DNA of 64,000 nt from Macrostomum lignano (lineage: Eukaryota). Position 1 is the stretch's first letter; each line of letters opens with the position of its first letter. The stretch spans positions 1 to 64,000 of the forward strand of contig NIVC01001793.1 of assembly GCA_002269645.1 (NCBI GenBank), read 5' to 3'. Under the pieces are notes generated by a model that saw only the letters and a list, made by a program, of their open reading frames with translations, did not search any database and was not told the DNA's origin. This document shows positions 21,491-32,884 of the stretch, one piece after another. The position numbers and the translations under genes were made by a program.

Positions 21491-22728
21491 ATGAACCCAT
21501 TCAATATTAATGACACGGCTACTATGCAAGTTTCATTGACATGATGGCTATGTCTCTAATAGTGACTAGGTCTATACTTATAGACATGGTAGCAGTGTTT
21601 ATAATGCAGAAACTTATAGACACTGCCACCATGTCTATAAGTATGGACCTAGTCACTATTAGAAACATGGCTGCCATGTCTATAAATTTCTGCATTATTG
21701 ACATAGCTGCTGTTGCTGTATCTCTAAGTGTGGCATATTATTTATATCAAATGCAAGGCTGTATAAATAAATGATATAATTTTAGGCCTAAGTCATATGT
21801 TTTGTTCACCTCATTACAATGTGAATAAAAGTATTCTTTGTTCATATTTAATATACAGTTATTGACAATTATATTTTTGTATTGTATTATATTGATCATT
21901 TTTTTACTTTTTTACCTTAATTATTTAATACAATAGGCCTATTATTACAATAGGCCTGGCCTAATCAATAAAGATAGAGGAATAAAGACATCAACACAAA
22001 GAATGCACATATGTCAAGTAAAGTAAGAGTACAAACAGAAAATAGCCAACAGCAAATCATGGAAATGCTTTAAATAAATCTTAAATGAGAATATATTCTT
22101 ATAATCTTATTATGTTCTCAATCATATTTCTTTTTTATAAAAAGCCATTGTGACTCAGACTTACAGACAAATAGTGTCTATTTCAGTTCTCCATTTATAA
22201 AGTGGCTTAAGAATATTTTTTTTATTTTCAGAGGACATAGGCCCAAATTATTTTAAGCAATTATTACACCTAACAAAGCTTTTAGACTAAAGCAAATATT
22301 TTATAACTAGGATTAGGAAGTATTAAAATGTAGTATAATAATAATATAATATGACTCATAAGAATATAAGTTTCTCTCATTTATGTAGATTATTTAGAAG
22401 TAGTAATAAAAATAGTGGCTCAGGCTAAACAGCCTTTTTGGCCAATACGAGTTAATCTGATATTTTTGTTTTCCAAAATAATCTAGTAATCAAGTATTTT
22501 CTATGAAATGATTGAACTTAAATTTGTGCAAGTTTAAATATTTTCGGTAAAAGCAAAAACAAAGATAACAAAAGGGAAGCAAAGTATGTAGATGCGCGAT
22601 TAAAAGTTTAGTACCAAATTTCTCATTGGTAGTTGACAAAGATTCCATTGTTCCTATTGGCAGTTGACGAACATTCCAACTACCAATGAATTTTCGTCAA
22701 CTCTCAGTTGAAAAAAAAAGTTGACGAA

Positions 22729-22988
22729 GGGCCTTTTCATATTACCAATTCCAGAACCAGAATCGGTTCGGAATTCCAAGAAAAACAGCAGTATAACTAT
22801 TAAACTCTGTTAATATTTGACTGCCTTAACAGCCTCACTTTGCACGATTTTTCACTTTCTTTTTGGCGACTGTCATTCAATAATAAAAACTTTATAGCAC
22901 GTATCTCCCTCTAGTTACGGAGACAAAAAGTTATACTTCACAAATTGGTTCTGGTTCTGGAACCTGAGCAAGCAATATGAAAAGGCCC
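22729..22988. mobile_element. TIR MITE (GGGCCTTTTCATATT...AATATGAAAAGGCCC), PIF/Harbinger-like termini
   Basis: 15-bp perfect TIR plus inner TTCCAGAACCAGAA/TTCTGGTTCTGGAA inverted repeat. TSD is not convincing. Confidence 0.7.
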
Positions 22989-25831
22989 AAAAATTCTAGG
23001 ATCCGCTAGGCCTATGCAATAGGGGAGGGGCGTGCTGAAAATTTGGCCTGGATCAGCCGGCTAGAGGGATCATGACCCCTATGCCCCCCCTTGGCTATGC
23101 CCCTGATTAGGATAGACAATAAAGCAATATTATTAGGCTTATGCTATATATAGTTTTAGTAAAACCCTCCTATTTCTGATTCTAAACCATTTTTATGGCA
23201 TGTCTTCTTTCTATGTGATTAGGCCCTAGTCCTTAACTCCTACTCCTATGCTTTATGTTGATGGCTATGGCATGGCTAAGGGTTTAAGTCATGTGTTTTA
23301 CTATTAACAAATTTGAAAAGGATGGGGGTTGGTCTAACAGTTGGCTTACATATCTGAAAAGCCTTGGTTGCAATCAAGAAATCAAACTTGAAAAAAATTA
23401 AAATTTGTTTTTGCTAAATTTGCCTAAAGCTATATTAAATTTCTATTGCCAAATTTGTGTGCATCCATGGCTAGTATGGCAATGCCTCAGTGAAAGTGCA
23501 CTTGGCCTTGCTGTCCTAGGCAAGATATTATTAGAGATTTCAACAATGAGGGTCCTATGTCTAAGACTTGCCAATAATATTTATATAGAAGATGAATTTT
23601 AATTTTAATAAAAACTAAAATTAAAAATAGGTTTTTTGTAAATAAAATACTTTGGCCTTTGCAATGCAATTTTATAAAAAATGAGTATAAATTAGAATAA
23701 AAAAACATTATAAAAATACTTAAAAAATATTTGTTTGTTTTTATTATATAGCAAAATGAGACATTCTTCTCATATCATTTATTAAATTTATCATATTTTC
23801 TCTAAATGAGAAGCTGATTTTAGTATACATGGATATCTCCCAAGCTATTAAAACAGTTAAATTAACAACTTTTTTTAAAGCACTTTTTTCTATCTCTAGT
23901 AGTGCAAAAAAGTGAAGGGCCTAGGCTGCAAGTTAAATTTGTATTTATACTAATATACCAAATAGGTTAGCTAAAATATCTATAATAAGCTAACAGCTAG
24001 AATTGCCTATGGGAAAGAGCATGGTAGACAAAGGGAGTTGGCTAACTAAAAAATATGAGGCTGAATTGCAAAATAGAAAGTACAAACTTTTAAAAGATAG
24101 AAATCTAACATGTATTATTTGACATGGTACTGCTGCTTATTGGGAGTGTTTATGGCCTAAAGGGATGAATTGGTTAGATAGAAAGGAAGTCTGAGCACTT
24201 AGACTTATGTTCTTGCTGCTAATTAGTTCTTGCTAAGACCATTAACCAACCATTAAGTCTATCAACATTATGCTAGGAGGCTGCCCTCAAATTGTTAGGA
24301 ATTACTAAAGATGAGAAAAAGTACTTTAAAACAAAGTTGCTAATTTTATTGTTTTAATAGCTTGATGTTTATGCATGCAAAAATCAGTTTCTTAAGCAGA
24401 TAAAATGTAAAAGAACATTGAGAAAATAGTTTAATAAATGGTTTGAGAAGAATTCCCAAAATGCAAACTATATCCAATATACTAAATTAGGCCTATTAGG
24501 CCAATGTATTTTTTGTCTTCCATGATAGGCAAATACAAACTATACTCTAATATTATTTTTGTTTATTCTACTATAGTGCTAGTTATCTTTTCTAAGAGAT
24601 GTAAGTATAAGCTATAGCTTTGGGTATCACATAGCATGATTTGCAAAAACTTAAGAATTTTTTACCATCCTTTTTGCTAGTATATAATTTTATAAAGAGC
24701 ACTAAATATGAACATGCTTTTGTATATACCTATATTAAGGTTAATAGTAAATGTCTGTATTCTCAAAAATAATCACACTAATGCTACCAAGTTATACATA
24801 TGGTCTTGCCTAGTATTTACAATTTCATAGCTGTCAACAAAGTTGTTATAGGGATTTTAAAATAACCATATGCATTTGCTTCTAAGGATTTAATAGCTTA
24901 AATTATAGCACATTTCTAGTATAGTAGCAGTTAAATATATTATGGCCTAAGCAATCTTTTACATATATGTACTAGTTTCCAATCTGGGCACTACCAAGAT
25001 TAGAGGGCCATAGCACCACTCTTAGTACCTCTTTGCATTGGCTTTCAACTCCAACTCTTCTCTAGTATACCTCTTAGGCCCTTAGCACTATTCTCAAGAT
25101 CTGGCTTTGAAATAAATAACAACTTTTTCAAACTTTGAGTATTGTTAAACAACTCAAGACTTAGCCTATGATATAGGTTGGTTTATTTATAGCAAAACTT
25201 GCTCTTATATATAGTTATTTCTCTGTGCATTTTGTACAATAAACCAAAAAGAAACTTAGTTTGATGTCTGGCACAAATTTGATTTTAAAAAAGACAATTA
25301 AAATATTAGCACTTCTTCATATCAATAGAATAACAAAGCCAACCCTGGTGGTGTCAGGTAGAAACTTATATTTTATAATTGTAGCATTGATTTATAGAAA
25401 TTAATAATCTGATGCTCATGTTTTTGTTGCCATTTTGACACATTTTTTCCAAGTTTTAGTATTTTGTCTCATCCAAATGATTTATTATCGAGGTCCCTGT
25501 TGTTAACTTGTTAGGTATTTGAATTTTTTTGAAATATCCAATAAGTTGATATGTAGAAACTATAATGCTTAACATTTTATTCAATAACCTATAGTGTACC
25601 TTTTTAGAGTCTCAACAGCTTACCTTTTTTCATTAGTACTGGGGACTAAATGGGTATAGTACCTGGAGCTGTTATTCAATTATAGATGTTTGAGTGACAC
25701 TTTTCTGTTACCTTTAATATTGATTTTTGTCTTTCTAAATTGTTTTCCAATTCTGTCTAGCTAGCAAAGAAATACCCAGTCCAAACCAAGCCAAGTACTG
25801 CCTGTGGACATTAGAAGGTCATACATAGGCT

Positions 25832-28800
25832 ATGGCTAGCGGCGGCGACTGCCCAGATGAAAATCAGTTTAACTTCAATACTGAGGGCATTCCCGACATA
25901 CCGGTGCGCGACTCGGCCGAAGCTGAAGAGTCCGGAGGAGGCGACTCGGAGGGGGACCATCCGCTGACTCCGCGCGTGTTCTGCGAGCCAGAGAGCCCGC
26001 CAGACACCGAAGAGAATGTTCGACGCCAAACTGACACCGTGTTTCAAGCATTCGTGTTTGAGCGGTATACGCGGGACAGGGAACAGGTGAGGGGACGTCT
26101 ATGGCTTGCTGTATCAAAATTCAAATCCCCATGTTGAAATCCCAGGTTTGTTACTTTATAAGGAGTTCCTCCATTTTCCTAACAAAACCTCTCTCAGTAA
26201 AATTTTATGATTCCCCTCCCACGACGTAATTCGATAATAATTGATTACACCTGCCCCAATTGGGCCAGATGTGCAACCGACAGTTCAGCCGCAGCTATTG
26301 CGCGGCGCATCTGAAGGCTGCGTACGGCTGTTCAGTCTAAGGACTGGGAGGTCGCCGCACACACACTCTCAATTACCCCAGCGAATGCTGGCACCCATTT
26401 TACAGCTGGGTGAACTGAAGCAATGCAGAGTTAAGTGACACAAATTGTTCCGAGTAGGTCGAGATGAGAACTCCCGAGCCCCATCTGGAATTCCCAATCT
26501 CAAGTTCTCCATGTTGACTCCCCAATCTCGAATTCCCCGTCCTACATTCCTCATGATGAATTCCACATGTTGACTTCCCAATCTCAAATTCCACATGTTG
26601 AATTCCCAATCTCAAAAATTCTCCATGTTGAATTTCCAATCTCGAATTCCCCATGCTGATTTCCCACATAGAATTCCCCACCATGCCAGCACTGCATGCT
26701 GATTTCCCACATAGAATTCCCCACCATGCCAGCACTGCATGCTGATTTCCCACATAGAATTCCCCACCATGCCAGCACTGCATGCTGATTTCCCACATAG
26801 AATTCCCCACCATGCCAGCACTGCATGCTGATTTCCCACATAGAATTCCCCACCATGCCAGCACTGCATGCTGATTTCCCACATAGAATTCCCCACCATG
26901 CCAGCACTGCATGCTGATTTCCCACATAGAATTCCCCACCATGCCAGCACTGCATGCTGATTTCCCACATAGAATTCCCCACCATGCCAGCACTGCATGC
27001 TGATTTCCCACATAGAATTCCCCACCATGCCAGCACTGCATGCTGATTTCCCACATAGAATTCCCCACCATGCCAGCACTGCATGCTGAATTCCCACAAA
27101 GAATTCCCCACCATGCCAACACTGCATGCTGAATTCCCACAAAGAATTGCCCACCATGCCAGCACTGCATGCTGAATTCCCACATAGAATTCCCCACCAT
27201 GCCAGCACTGCATGCTGAATTCCCACAAAGAATTCCCCACCATATTAGCACTGCATGCTAAATTCCCACAAAGAATTCCCCACCATATTAGCACTGCATG
27301 CTGAATTCCCACAAAGAATTCCCCACCATGCCAGCACTGCATGCTGAATTCCCACAAAGAATTCCCCACCATGCCAACACTGCATGCTGAATTCCCACAA
27401 AGAATTGCCCACCATGCCAGCACTGCATGCTGAATTCCCACATAGAATTCCCCACCATGCCAGCACTGCATGCTGAATTCCCACAAAGAATTCCCCACCA
27501 TATTAGCACTGCATGCTAAATTCCCACAAAGAATTCCCCACCATATTAGCACTGCATGCTGAATTCCCACAAAGAATTCCCCACCATGCCAGCACTGCAT
27601 GCTGAATTCCCACAAAGAATTCCCCACCATGCCAGCACTGCATGCTGAATTCCCACAAAGAATTCCCCACCATATTAGCACTGAATTCCCGCCATCTGCA
27701 GGGCCGCTTGCAGCCGGGCGCGCCCAGCTCGCCTGAGCTCATCCTGCCGCCAGCCGATCCGCTCTCAGTCGAGGCCGGCATCGGTCGTCGCCTAGCCGAA
27801 ATCGGCGACGAGATTCAACAGCGCTACCAGCCGGAATTCGACGAGATGATCAAATCTTTGGACGGCCAGCTGACTGACCCCGCCAGCTCGTTCGATACAT
27901 TCCGCCGAGTAGCTCGCCGCTTGTTCCACGACGGCTCCATCAACTGGGGCCGCATTGTTGCCCTGTTCTGCTTCGGCTATCGAATCGCCGTGGAGAAAAT
28001 TCGCAGAGGCGTCTCAGGATTTCTGCGCAACGTTGTGCAATGGATCTTCAGATTCTTAGTTCAGGAGCGCATCGCCAGGTGGATCGCCGATCACGGCGGA
28101 TGGGTGAGCATCTGGTTATGACCTATGTGATCTATATGATCTACTACGAGTATTAAATGGAGAATACACTATTTTCTGTTTCCCAAAAAGCTACCGACTG
28201 ACTCTATAAAGGCTTGCATTGACTTATATCGTTAAACAAAATATACATTCAACTTAAGCTATGCTCTTTTAATAAAAGCCTTCGGCTCAACGCTGAATCA
28301 ACGCATAAAACACAACACGCACAGATACTATCTAAATATACTAAATAATATACTATAAACTGGGGTACAAGCTTTCCTTTTGCCCGCTTGTGTCTTTGAC
28401 TTTGATCTCTCTCCTTACTGCTCTCCCATTGGCTGAGCCAGATTGGGCCTGCCCCCAAGGCTGACTTTGATCTCTCTCCTTACTGCTCTCCCATTGGCTG
28501 AGCCAGATTGGGCCTGCCCCCAAGGCTGACTTTGATCTCTCTCCTTACTGCTCTCCCATTGGCTGAGCCAGATTGGGCCTGCCCCCAAGGCTCTCTTTGA
28601 TCTCTCTCCTTACTGCTCTCCCATTGGCTGACCCAAATTGGGCTTGCCCCCAAGGCTGACTTTGCTCTTTCCTTACTGCTCTCCTATTGGCTGAGCCAGA
28701 TTGGGCCTGCCCCCTAGGCTGAGTTTCGTCAGTCACTATCACTTGTGTTATCGAGTTAAATGCTTGTTGTTCGTTCTTAGCCCATATGCTCCTCGGGCCA

Positions 28801-29115
28801 CAAACCCCGAAGAAGGAAAGGTAATTTTAGCTGACACATTAAATTAAAGTGACACTGCGCAAAGAAACTACTTAAAATAAGTAGACGCAATCTAATTAGC
28901 ATTTGCTTAAAGCTTCATTTATGTGTCTATGAGAGAAGGCCATCTCGTCAATTCAACATTTGCACTCAGCCAACATTCGATTTTCTCCGCTCCTCCACCC
29001 GCAGCGCTCGGTGACTCACATGGCCATCCAGACCCTGGACATGCCTCTGCTGATGGGTCTGTGCGCCCTGGCCGCCTCGCTCTGCTTCGTTGCCTACCGC
29101 CTGTCACGTCGTTGA
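25832..29115 (+). CDS. BAK1: Bcl-2 family pro-apoptotic effector Bak, 3 exons: 25832-26086, 27702-28103, 29005-29115 (255 aa)
   Basis: Helix 1 TDTVFQAFVFERY (Bak TEEVFRSYVFYRH-like), BH3 LAEIGDEI, BH1 NWGRIVALFCFGYRIA and BH2 WIADHGGW. The third exon is not in the ORF track and encodes the TM tail RSVTHMAIQTLDMPLLMGLCALAASLCFVAYRLSRR*. All joins are phase-0 GT-AG. Confidence 0.9.
26288..26465 (-). mobile_element. 5'-truncated copy of the tRNA-type SINE
   Basis: Reverse complement matches 34965-35150 (CTTAACTCTGCATTGCTTCAGTTCACC.AGCT.TAAAATGGGTGCCA..., GAACAGCCGTA.GCAGCCTTCAGATGCGCCGCGCAATA). Confidence 0.75.
26480..27690. repeat. Minisatellite, 43-bp unit GCTGATTTCCCACATAGAATTCCCCACCATGCCAGCACTGCAT (~24 copies), preceded by degenerate ~28-bp units
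   Basis: Fills Bak intron 1; source of the spurious Trp/Cys-rich ORFs. Confidence 0.95.
28376..28888 (+). mobile_element. Interspersed composite element, copy 2 (internal 65-bp array x5)
   Basis: Shares termini and hairpin with 1278-1851; lies in Bak intron 2. Confidence 0.65.
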
Positions 29116-30394
29116 AACCTGGCACATTCTGTCGGGCTGTCTGATTGAGTCTGTCTGTCGCCATTTGCCACTATATGACTTATAGTAGTAGCCAAGTTCT
29201 GCAAACAGTGTACTTGCGCTTCCCCCACAAGTTTTAGCACCAGCTTGCCAATTTGCATCCTGTGGGATTTCCGTCTCTTTTGTAAATTCATTTTGCTAAT
29301 TGGCTATTTCAACGCATTCCGCCCCTATTCTTCCTTCCTTTCTGCCCCTATTCCCCTTTACTGACCCTATGATTCCCATTTCCGCTTCTATTCCTCGTTT
29401 TCAATCCCTATTCTTCTTGTCCGCCTCTGTTCTTTCCCCCGTTCTCCTTCCCGCCCCTAATACTGTACTCCTTAAATAAGTATTAGCTATTGCCAATGCT
29501 TACACAATAGCCTGGTTAATCCTGTTATTAAAATGTTGACAATTTACAAGCCGCGGCTATTATAATTTCTTATAAATTAATAATATTCTATACCAACCCC
29601 AGTTTATAAACAAAGTTCGGCTTGTGGTGCAGCCACTTGTGCAATAACAACAGCCCAGAGAATGCAGAGGCATTGCTGCTGTATTAAAACTGCTTTGCTT
29701 TACTTTTAAAAATTTACTTACTTTTTAAATAAATTAAATAAACAATTTTTAATGCTATTCTTTGTTGAGTTTTCTTAGCTTAAGTTTTGTTTAATTTTTT
29801 GTTTAATAATCTTAAACTAATTAATATCAGATCTTCAGTTGGTTTATTAGTTATTTATTACTCAAACCCTTTATTGCAATGTGATTTAAAAGCTTTCAAG
29901 TTTGCGCTGTTAATTAGAATCAATAATTTTCCCAGTGGCTTATAGCACCTGTACCTGTACGATAACTATGACTCATTTACTTATCCAGGCACCTAAGCAA
30001 TTCCTTTATTGCTAGCTCATTTTTTATTGTAATTATCAACCCGTTTACTATTATAAGTAGTTGGTTTGCCTTGTCTTTATGTAGTTTCGTACGAATCGGT
30101 ATAAATTTGAGCTGTCTGTAAAAAGAACAAAATATATCTGTGTAAAACCTGATCGCATTCTGTTTGATGTCACCTTATGGCTCTCGCGTTGCCAAGTTAT
30201 TGTACCAAAAGTTACCCACGAATTTTTTCATTGCTTTCTATATGTATATTGTCTATTCCTATTTTGATTCTGATTATTAGAGAATGGGGCAATATAAGAG
30301 TGTGCGCACCTTGCAGTGTATTTCTGTGTCAACAGGGGAGATGCAGAGCAGGGGATAAGGAGCACTGTTGGTTAAGAAATGAGGGAAGGGGAAA

Positions 30395-30995
30395 GTAAGA
30401 ACAGAAAGGAGAGAGTAAGAGCTGAGGGGAGAGGGTAAGAGCTGTGGGGAGAGGGTGAGAGCTGAGGGGAGAGGGTAAGAGCTGTGGGGAGAGGGTGAGA
30501 GCTGAGGGGAGAGGGTGAGAGCTGAGGGGAGAGGGTAAGAGCTGTGGGGAGAGGGTGAGAGCTGAGGGGAGAGGATAAGAGCTGAGGGGAGAGGGTGAGA
30601 GCTGTGGGGAGAGGGTGAGAGCTGTGGGGAGAGGGTGAGAGCTATGGGGAGAGGGTGAGAGCTGTGGGGAGAGGGTGAGAGCTGTGGGGAGAGGGTGAGA
30701 GCTGTGGGGAGAGGGTGAGAGCTGTGGAGAGAGGGTGAGAGCTGTGGGGAGAGGGTGAGAGCTGTGGGGAGAGGGTGAGAGCTGAGGGGAGAGGGTGAGA
30801 GCTGTGGGGAGAGGGTGAGAGCTGAGGGGAGAGGGTAAGAGCTGAGGGGAGAGGGTAAGAGCTGTGGGGAGAGGGTGAGAGCTGTGGGGAGAGGGTGAGA
30901 GCTGAGGGGAGAGGGTAAGAGCTGAGGGGAGAGGGTAAGAGCTGTGGGGAGAGGGTGAGAGCTGTGGGGAGAGGGTGAGAGCTGGGAGCTGAGAG
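30395..30995. repeat. Purine-rich minisatellite, 20-bp unit GAGCTGTGGGGAGAGGGTGA
   Basis: Tandem array upstream of GNB1L. Confidence 0.95.
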
Positions 30996-31297
30996 GGTAA
31001 AAAACAAGTGAGAGGGTTAGAGTTGAGGTGAGAGGATAAGAACATTGCGGAAAGGGTAAGAACAGAGCGGAGAGGGCAAAAACCTAGTGGAGTGGATTAG
31101 AACATGCGGAGGGTAAGAACGTAAGAACGAGAGGGTAAGATCGGAGGTGGGAGTGAAATATATCGGATCAGACAAAAGAGCTGCAATAAATAAGAGGTTC
31201 TATTAAAATTCACATAGCGAAAGTAAAAGAGGTGCAGACTGCTAATCCGAAAGCGCTGACCTTCAAATGTCCTCTATCACGCCTCAACGCTCCGCAG

Positions 31298-32820
31298 TCC
31301 GAGCACAATCCCTGCGTACCGGCGTTCACCCTGCGAGCTCTGAGCTCCCCGGTGACGGCGCTGGCCTGCCTCACTGCACCATCTTCATCGATCAGTGGCG
31401 GCCAGCTACTGCTGCTGTCCGGACATCAGTCCGGCGATCTGGCCTGCTGGGATCTGCGAGTCCGCCGACCAGCGGCCACTCGATCTGGAGCTCATTCTGC
31501 CGCGGTTTTATCGATTCATTTTATTCCTAGCCTACTTGCAGTAGTCAGTCAAGGCCGCGACGGTGTTATTTTGGTGTGGCGCGTTGATTTCAGCGCCAAG
31601 GCTGGAGAGCAGCGCCTTCTTGGGCCGGAGCTGCGCCTCACCGATGCTTGCGATTTGACGTTTTGCCGGGCTGTTGCTACTCCGTGCTGCCTGCTGTATC
31701 CGGGCGCTGGCGGTCACTCGCTGCGTTGCCGCCTGTTCCACGCGGATGTCGCCGCTGGAGCCTCGGTTGGAGAAGCGGAAGTCTACGCTATTGATAAGGC
31801 TGAACTGGGAGTCTGCATGGCGCTGGCTCTGGTGGCAGCGGAGGCTTCCGCCCCATCCTCCGAGCCTACCGCCCCCTCCTCCGCCCCATCCGCCGATCCT
31901 TCCGCCCCATCCGCCGATCCTTCCATTCCCTCCTCCGCCCCATCCGCCAATCCTTCCGCCCCCTCCTCCGCCCCATCCGCCAATCCTTCCGCCCCCTCCT
32001 CCGCCCCATCCGCCAATCCTTCCGCCCCCTCCTCCGCCCCATCCGCCAATCCTTCCGCCCCCTCCTCCGCCCCATCCGCCGATCCCTCCGCCCCATCCGC
32101 CAATCCTTCCGCCCCCTCCTCCGCCCCATCCGCCAATCCTTCCGCCCCCTCCTCCGCCCCATCCACCGATCCTTCCGCCCCATCCGCCAATCCTTCCGCC
32201 CCTCCTCCGCCCCATCCGCCAATCCTTCCGCCCCCTCCTCCGCCCCATCCGCCGATCCTTCCGCCCCCTCCTCCGCCCCATCCGCCAATCCTTCCGCCCC
32301 CTCCTCCGCCCCATCCGCCGATCCTTCCGCCCCCTCCTCCGCCCCATCCGCCGATCCTTCCGCCCCACCCGCCCCCCTGTTCCTGTCCGGCTACGAGAGC
32401 GGACACTGCGAGCTGATACGCTGGCCAACCCGGCTGTGCCGAGTCCGCCTATTCGAAGAGCCGGTCATGGCCATAGACTACAGCGCCTCGGCTGGCCGGG
32501 CAGTGGCCGGCTCGGCCACGCCGGACTTGGCCCTGCTGGGCGTCACCGACCGGCTGAGGGTGCGCGGCCGAATCGCCGCCCCCAGTCCGGGCGTCGGCTG
32601 CCTCGCCTACCGGCCAGACGGCCGCCTGCTGCTGTCGGCCTCCTGGGATTCGCGGATTCGCCTGTACTCCGGCAAATCCTGCCGCCAGCTGGCCGTACTG
32701 TCTACTCACAGTAGCAGCGTTAGCGCGCTGGCTTTTAATTCGACTAATGGCTGCTTTTATAGCGGCGATAAAGAAGGACTGATTTGCGCTTGGGAGCTGT
32801 ACGCCCACTCGGGGCACTGA
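31298..32820 (+). CDS. GNB1L: GNB1L/WDR14 (Asa1-like) WD40 protein with internal Ser/Ala/Pro repeat; frameshifted as assembled (missing C at 32199-32202); start codon not genomic in this exon
   Basis: The N-half (FTLR..SPVTAL, SGHQSGDLACWDL, SQGRDG..LVW, LGVCMAL) is in the frame of ORF 31232. The C-half (PLFLSGYESG, EEPVMAIDY, RPDGRLLLSASWDSRIR, LAVLSTH, WELY*) is in the frame of ORF 32467. Motif order matches GNB1L. Confidence 0.8.
31850..32372 (+). repeat. Coding VNTR, 33-bp (SAPSSAPSANP) and 21-bp (SAPSADP) units, inside GNB1L
   Basis: C-rich array with no stop codon in any + frame and no AG acceptor downstream of ~31865. Confidence 0.9.
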
Positions 32821-32884
32821 GCCTCGGTGACCGGGTTTGCACTTGCGCTCTGGACTTTGCCTCCTTCAGCCGTTTTAGCGGTTT

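Noticed and set aside
26241-26438. Possible extra Bak exon
   Set aside because: The sequence is mostly the SINE copy, and exons 1 and 2 already join in phase without it.
26400-27781. Trp/Cys-rich 283-365 aa ORFs with 43-aa periodicity
   Set aside because: Three 43-bp units equal 43 codons; this is an intronic minisatellite antisense to Bak.
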